From IMG/VR virus record IMGVR_UViG_3300045988_025400: a stretch of 41,551 bases of DNA. One strand, given 5' to 3'. The DNA comes from a virus. Below are positions 40,084 through 41,551 of the stretch, piece after piece; the stretch's first letter is position 1, and each line of letters begins with the position of its first letter. The position numbers and the translations under genes were made by a program. The notes beneath the pieces are model-generated. The model was not told where the DNA came from and did not search any database. It saw only the letters and a program-made list of their open reading frames with translations.

Positions 40084-40884
40084 TTACCGCCCCAGCAGCT
40101 TGCCCCAAGTTCCCTTTCCAGCGATACCGTCAGCGCCGAGGCCGTACTTGGTCTGGAACTTCTTCAGCGCCGTCTCCGTGCCGCCGCCAAAGTCGCCGTC
40201 CGCACCGGCAGCTCCGCAGGAAAAGCCGTAGGCGATCAGCGCCGCCTGCAACGTCTTGACATCCGCGCCCTTCATGCCGTGTTTGAGCATCCGTACCTGC
40301 ATGGGCAGCGTCGTGTCCTTCTCCGCAGGCACCGGCACCGGCGCGTTTGCGCTCTCCACAAAGGGTACGCCCAGCGCCGCGCAGAGGCCCTTGGCGATGG
40401 TCTCGCCGATCAGGGTGGTGTTGTCGATGATCCACTGCGCGATGCGGGGGACATCGTGGAAGTCCGTCTCGATATACACCGTCGTGGCGGCAGGGTGCTT
40501 CACCTCGTACAGTGCGGGATACGCCCGGATGACATCCGGCGCACCCGGCGTAATCGGGCCAAGTACGTCCATTACCGCCTGACACGCCTTGTACCCTGCG
40601 CTGTTCCGGTCGCCGCTGTAACAGAACAGATGCGTACCGCTGGCCTTTCCGTTGCAGGCGTTGGAGTGGATGGGCACATGCAGGTCGGCCTTGAAGCGGT
40701 TGGACGCCGCCACACGGTTCTGCATGGTGTCGTACTGCCCCAGCATCACCTCCACGCCGGAGCGCTCAAGAGCGGCCTTACACGCCCATGCAATGCGCCC
40801 GCACTGCACGTCCTCGGTGGTATTGCCCACCGCGTAGGTGTTGCGCCGCTGGTCGCTGGGGGAAAGATATACCTTCTTAGTCAT
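40084..40884 (-). CDS. endolysin: N-acetylmuramoyl-L-alanine amidase with C-terminal PG_binding_1 domain
   Basis: KVYLSPSDQRRNTY...HVPIHSNA...VYIETDFHD amidase pattern. C-terminus LKHGMKGADVKTLQAALIAYGF...DGDFGGGTETALKKFQTKYGLGADGIAGKGTW. Start is ATG 40884 or 40890. Confidence 0.9.
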   Translation of the reverse strand: MTKKVYLSPSDQRRNTYAVGNTTEDVQCGRIAWACKAALERSGVEVMLGQYDTMQNRVAASNRFKADLHVPIHSNACNGKASGTHLFCYSGDRNSAGYKACQAVMDVLGPITPGAPDVIRAYPALYEVKHPAATTVYIETDFHDVPRIAQWIIDNTTLIGETIAKGLCAALGVPFVESANAPVPVPAEKDTTLPMQVRMLKHGMKGADVKTLQAALIAYGFSCGAAGADGDFGGGTETALKKFQTKYGLGADGIAGKGTWGKLLGR

Positions 40885-41092
40885 TGGCATTGACCCCTTT
40901 CCTGTACTGCGCCGTGCTGATGCCCAACAGCGCACCCAGCAGTGCCGTTACGGCAGAGATGGTCATAGCTACCTGCTCCGCGTAGGGCCAGCCCCACACC
41001 GGGGCCAGCGCCACATAGAAGGCGCTGAGCGCGGGCAGCACGATCATCACGATCCACTTCATCACATCGTAGACTTTATTATTCAGCTTCAT
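40877..41092 (-). CDS. holin (LL-H / phage_holin_1-like)
   Basis: 71 aa with two TM segments (KWIVMIVLPALSAFYVALAPVW and AMTISAVTALLGALLGIS), directly upstream of the endolysin. Confidence 0.8.
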   Translation of the reverse strand: MKLNNKVYDVMKWIVMIVLPALSAFYVALAPVWGWPYAEQVAMTISAVTALLGALLGISTAQYRKGVNAND

Positions 41093-41121
41093 ATTACTTT
41101 CCTTTCCGGCCTTCCGGCCTG

Positions 41122-41424
41122 TTACATCTTATGCATCGGCAGCCTCCGCACTTCCTCCATGACGCGCTTCGCACTGCCGTTGCCGCCCATTTTTTCGTAG
41201 GGCGCGTACAGATAGTCGTTGAGATTCTCGTACTCGTCCTGCGTAATGTATCCGCGGTCGACGTACACCATACCAAGATGTACAATGCGGTCGTGGGCGA
41301 GGCCCACCAGCATCTTGCGCTGGGCGTCACCCTTGTCAACGCGCTTAGCCACCACGGCCCACAGGCCGCTGCTGGTCAGCACCGCCACTACGAGAGGCAC
41401 TGCCACCTGTGTCCAAACATCCAT
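41122..41424 (-). CDS. N-terminally membrane-anchored protein between the fibre and the holin
   Basis: ATG 41424, 9 nt after GAGGGGG. That RBS directly follows the fibre stop once the circle is closed. TM helix VAVPLVVAVLTSSGLWAVV. Confidence 0.6.
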   Translation of the reverse strand: MDVWTQVAVPLVVAVLTSSGLWAVVAKRVDKGDAQRKMLVGLAHDRIVHLGMVYVDRGYITQDEYENLNDYLYAPYEKMGGNGSAKRVMEEVRRLPMHKM

Positions 41425-41432
41425 CCTTGTCA

Positions 41433-41551
41433 CCCCCTCACAGCTCCGCCGACAGCAGGGACACCGCGCCCGCGTTGAGGGCGGCGGCGGTCATGCCGTG
41501 GCTGGCCTTGGCGGCGGAGATCATCACGCCGTTGGCCCGCGCCGCCGTGAC
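41433..41551. repeat. 119-bp terminal direct repeat (copy 2)
   Basis: Identical to 1..119. It duplicates the 3' end of the fibre gene. Confidence 0.95.

Overview
The window is a complete temperate siphovirus-type phage or prophage genome. Bases 1-119 are identical to 41433-41551, so the contig closes on itself with a unique length of 41,432 bp. GC content is moderately high and the gene families look Firmicute/Clostridia-like (inference only). All calls come from reading the ORF translations and the DNA by eye; no searches were run.

Nearly all genes are on the minus strand. Reading that strand from about 31.8 kb downward and wrapping through position 1, the order is:
- a cro-like switch gene;
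- early, recombination and replication genes: 3D-domain protein, XRE regulator, Gp157-like protein, Rad52-like annealase, SSB, a replisome organiser with internal iterons, a G39P-like loader and a DUF1064 nuclease;
- a DNA-modification and anti-restriction block: N6-MTase, C5-MTase, ASCH protein and Lar-like protein;
- an HTH regulator;
- a 716-nt gene-free structured region with a tRNA-like element;
- ParB-MTase, terS, terL, portal, a split minor-capsid gene, scaffold, capsid, connectors, major tail protein, chaperones, tape measure, tail tip and fibre;
- after the wrap, a membrane protein, holin, endolysin, a sigma-like regulator and a 3.3-kb block of odd low-complexity cargo genes, ending at a terminator and candidate attP.

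The plus-strand lysogeny module (32.1-36.1 kb) holds a CI-like repressor, a small TM protein, a TM-FtsK-gamma-Mrr nuclease fusion, a membrane-anchored XRE protein and a large serine integrase.

Most notable observations:
1. The gene-free region with a non-canonical tRNA-like cloverleaf is a candidate large structured RNA.
2. The cytosine-5 MTase has its motifs in circularly permuted order (IV-VIII, TRD, IX-X, then I-II). It is also interrupted by a 4-nt insertion exactly at the catalytic PC|Q and by a G8 tract.
3. All three phage MTases carry G7-G8 tracts and two are out of frame, while A7-A8 tracts elsewhere are intact. This suggests phase variation, but sequencing error is not excluded.
4. 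The minor-capsid gene is split by an antisense, self-promoted HNH-AP2 homing-endonuclease cassette.
5. The membrane-anchored FtsK-gamma/Mrr nuclease sits in the lysogeny module.
6. The genetic switch has face-to-face promoters.
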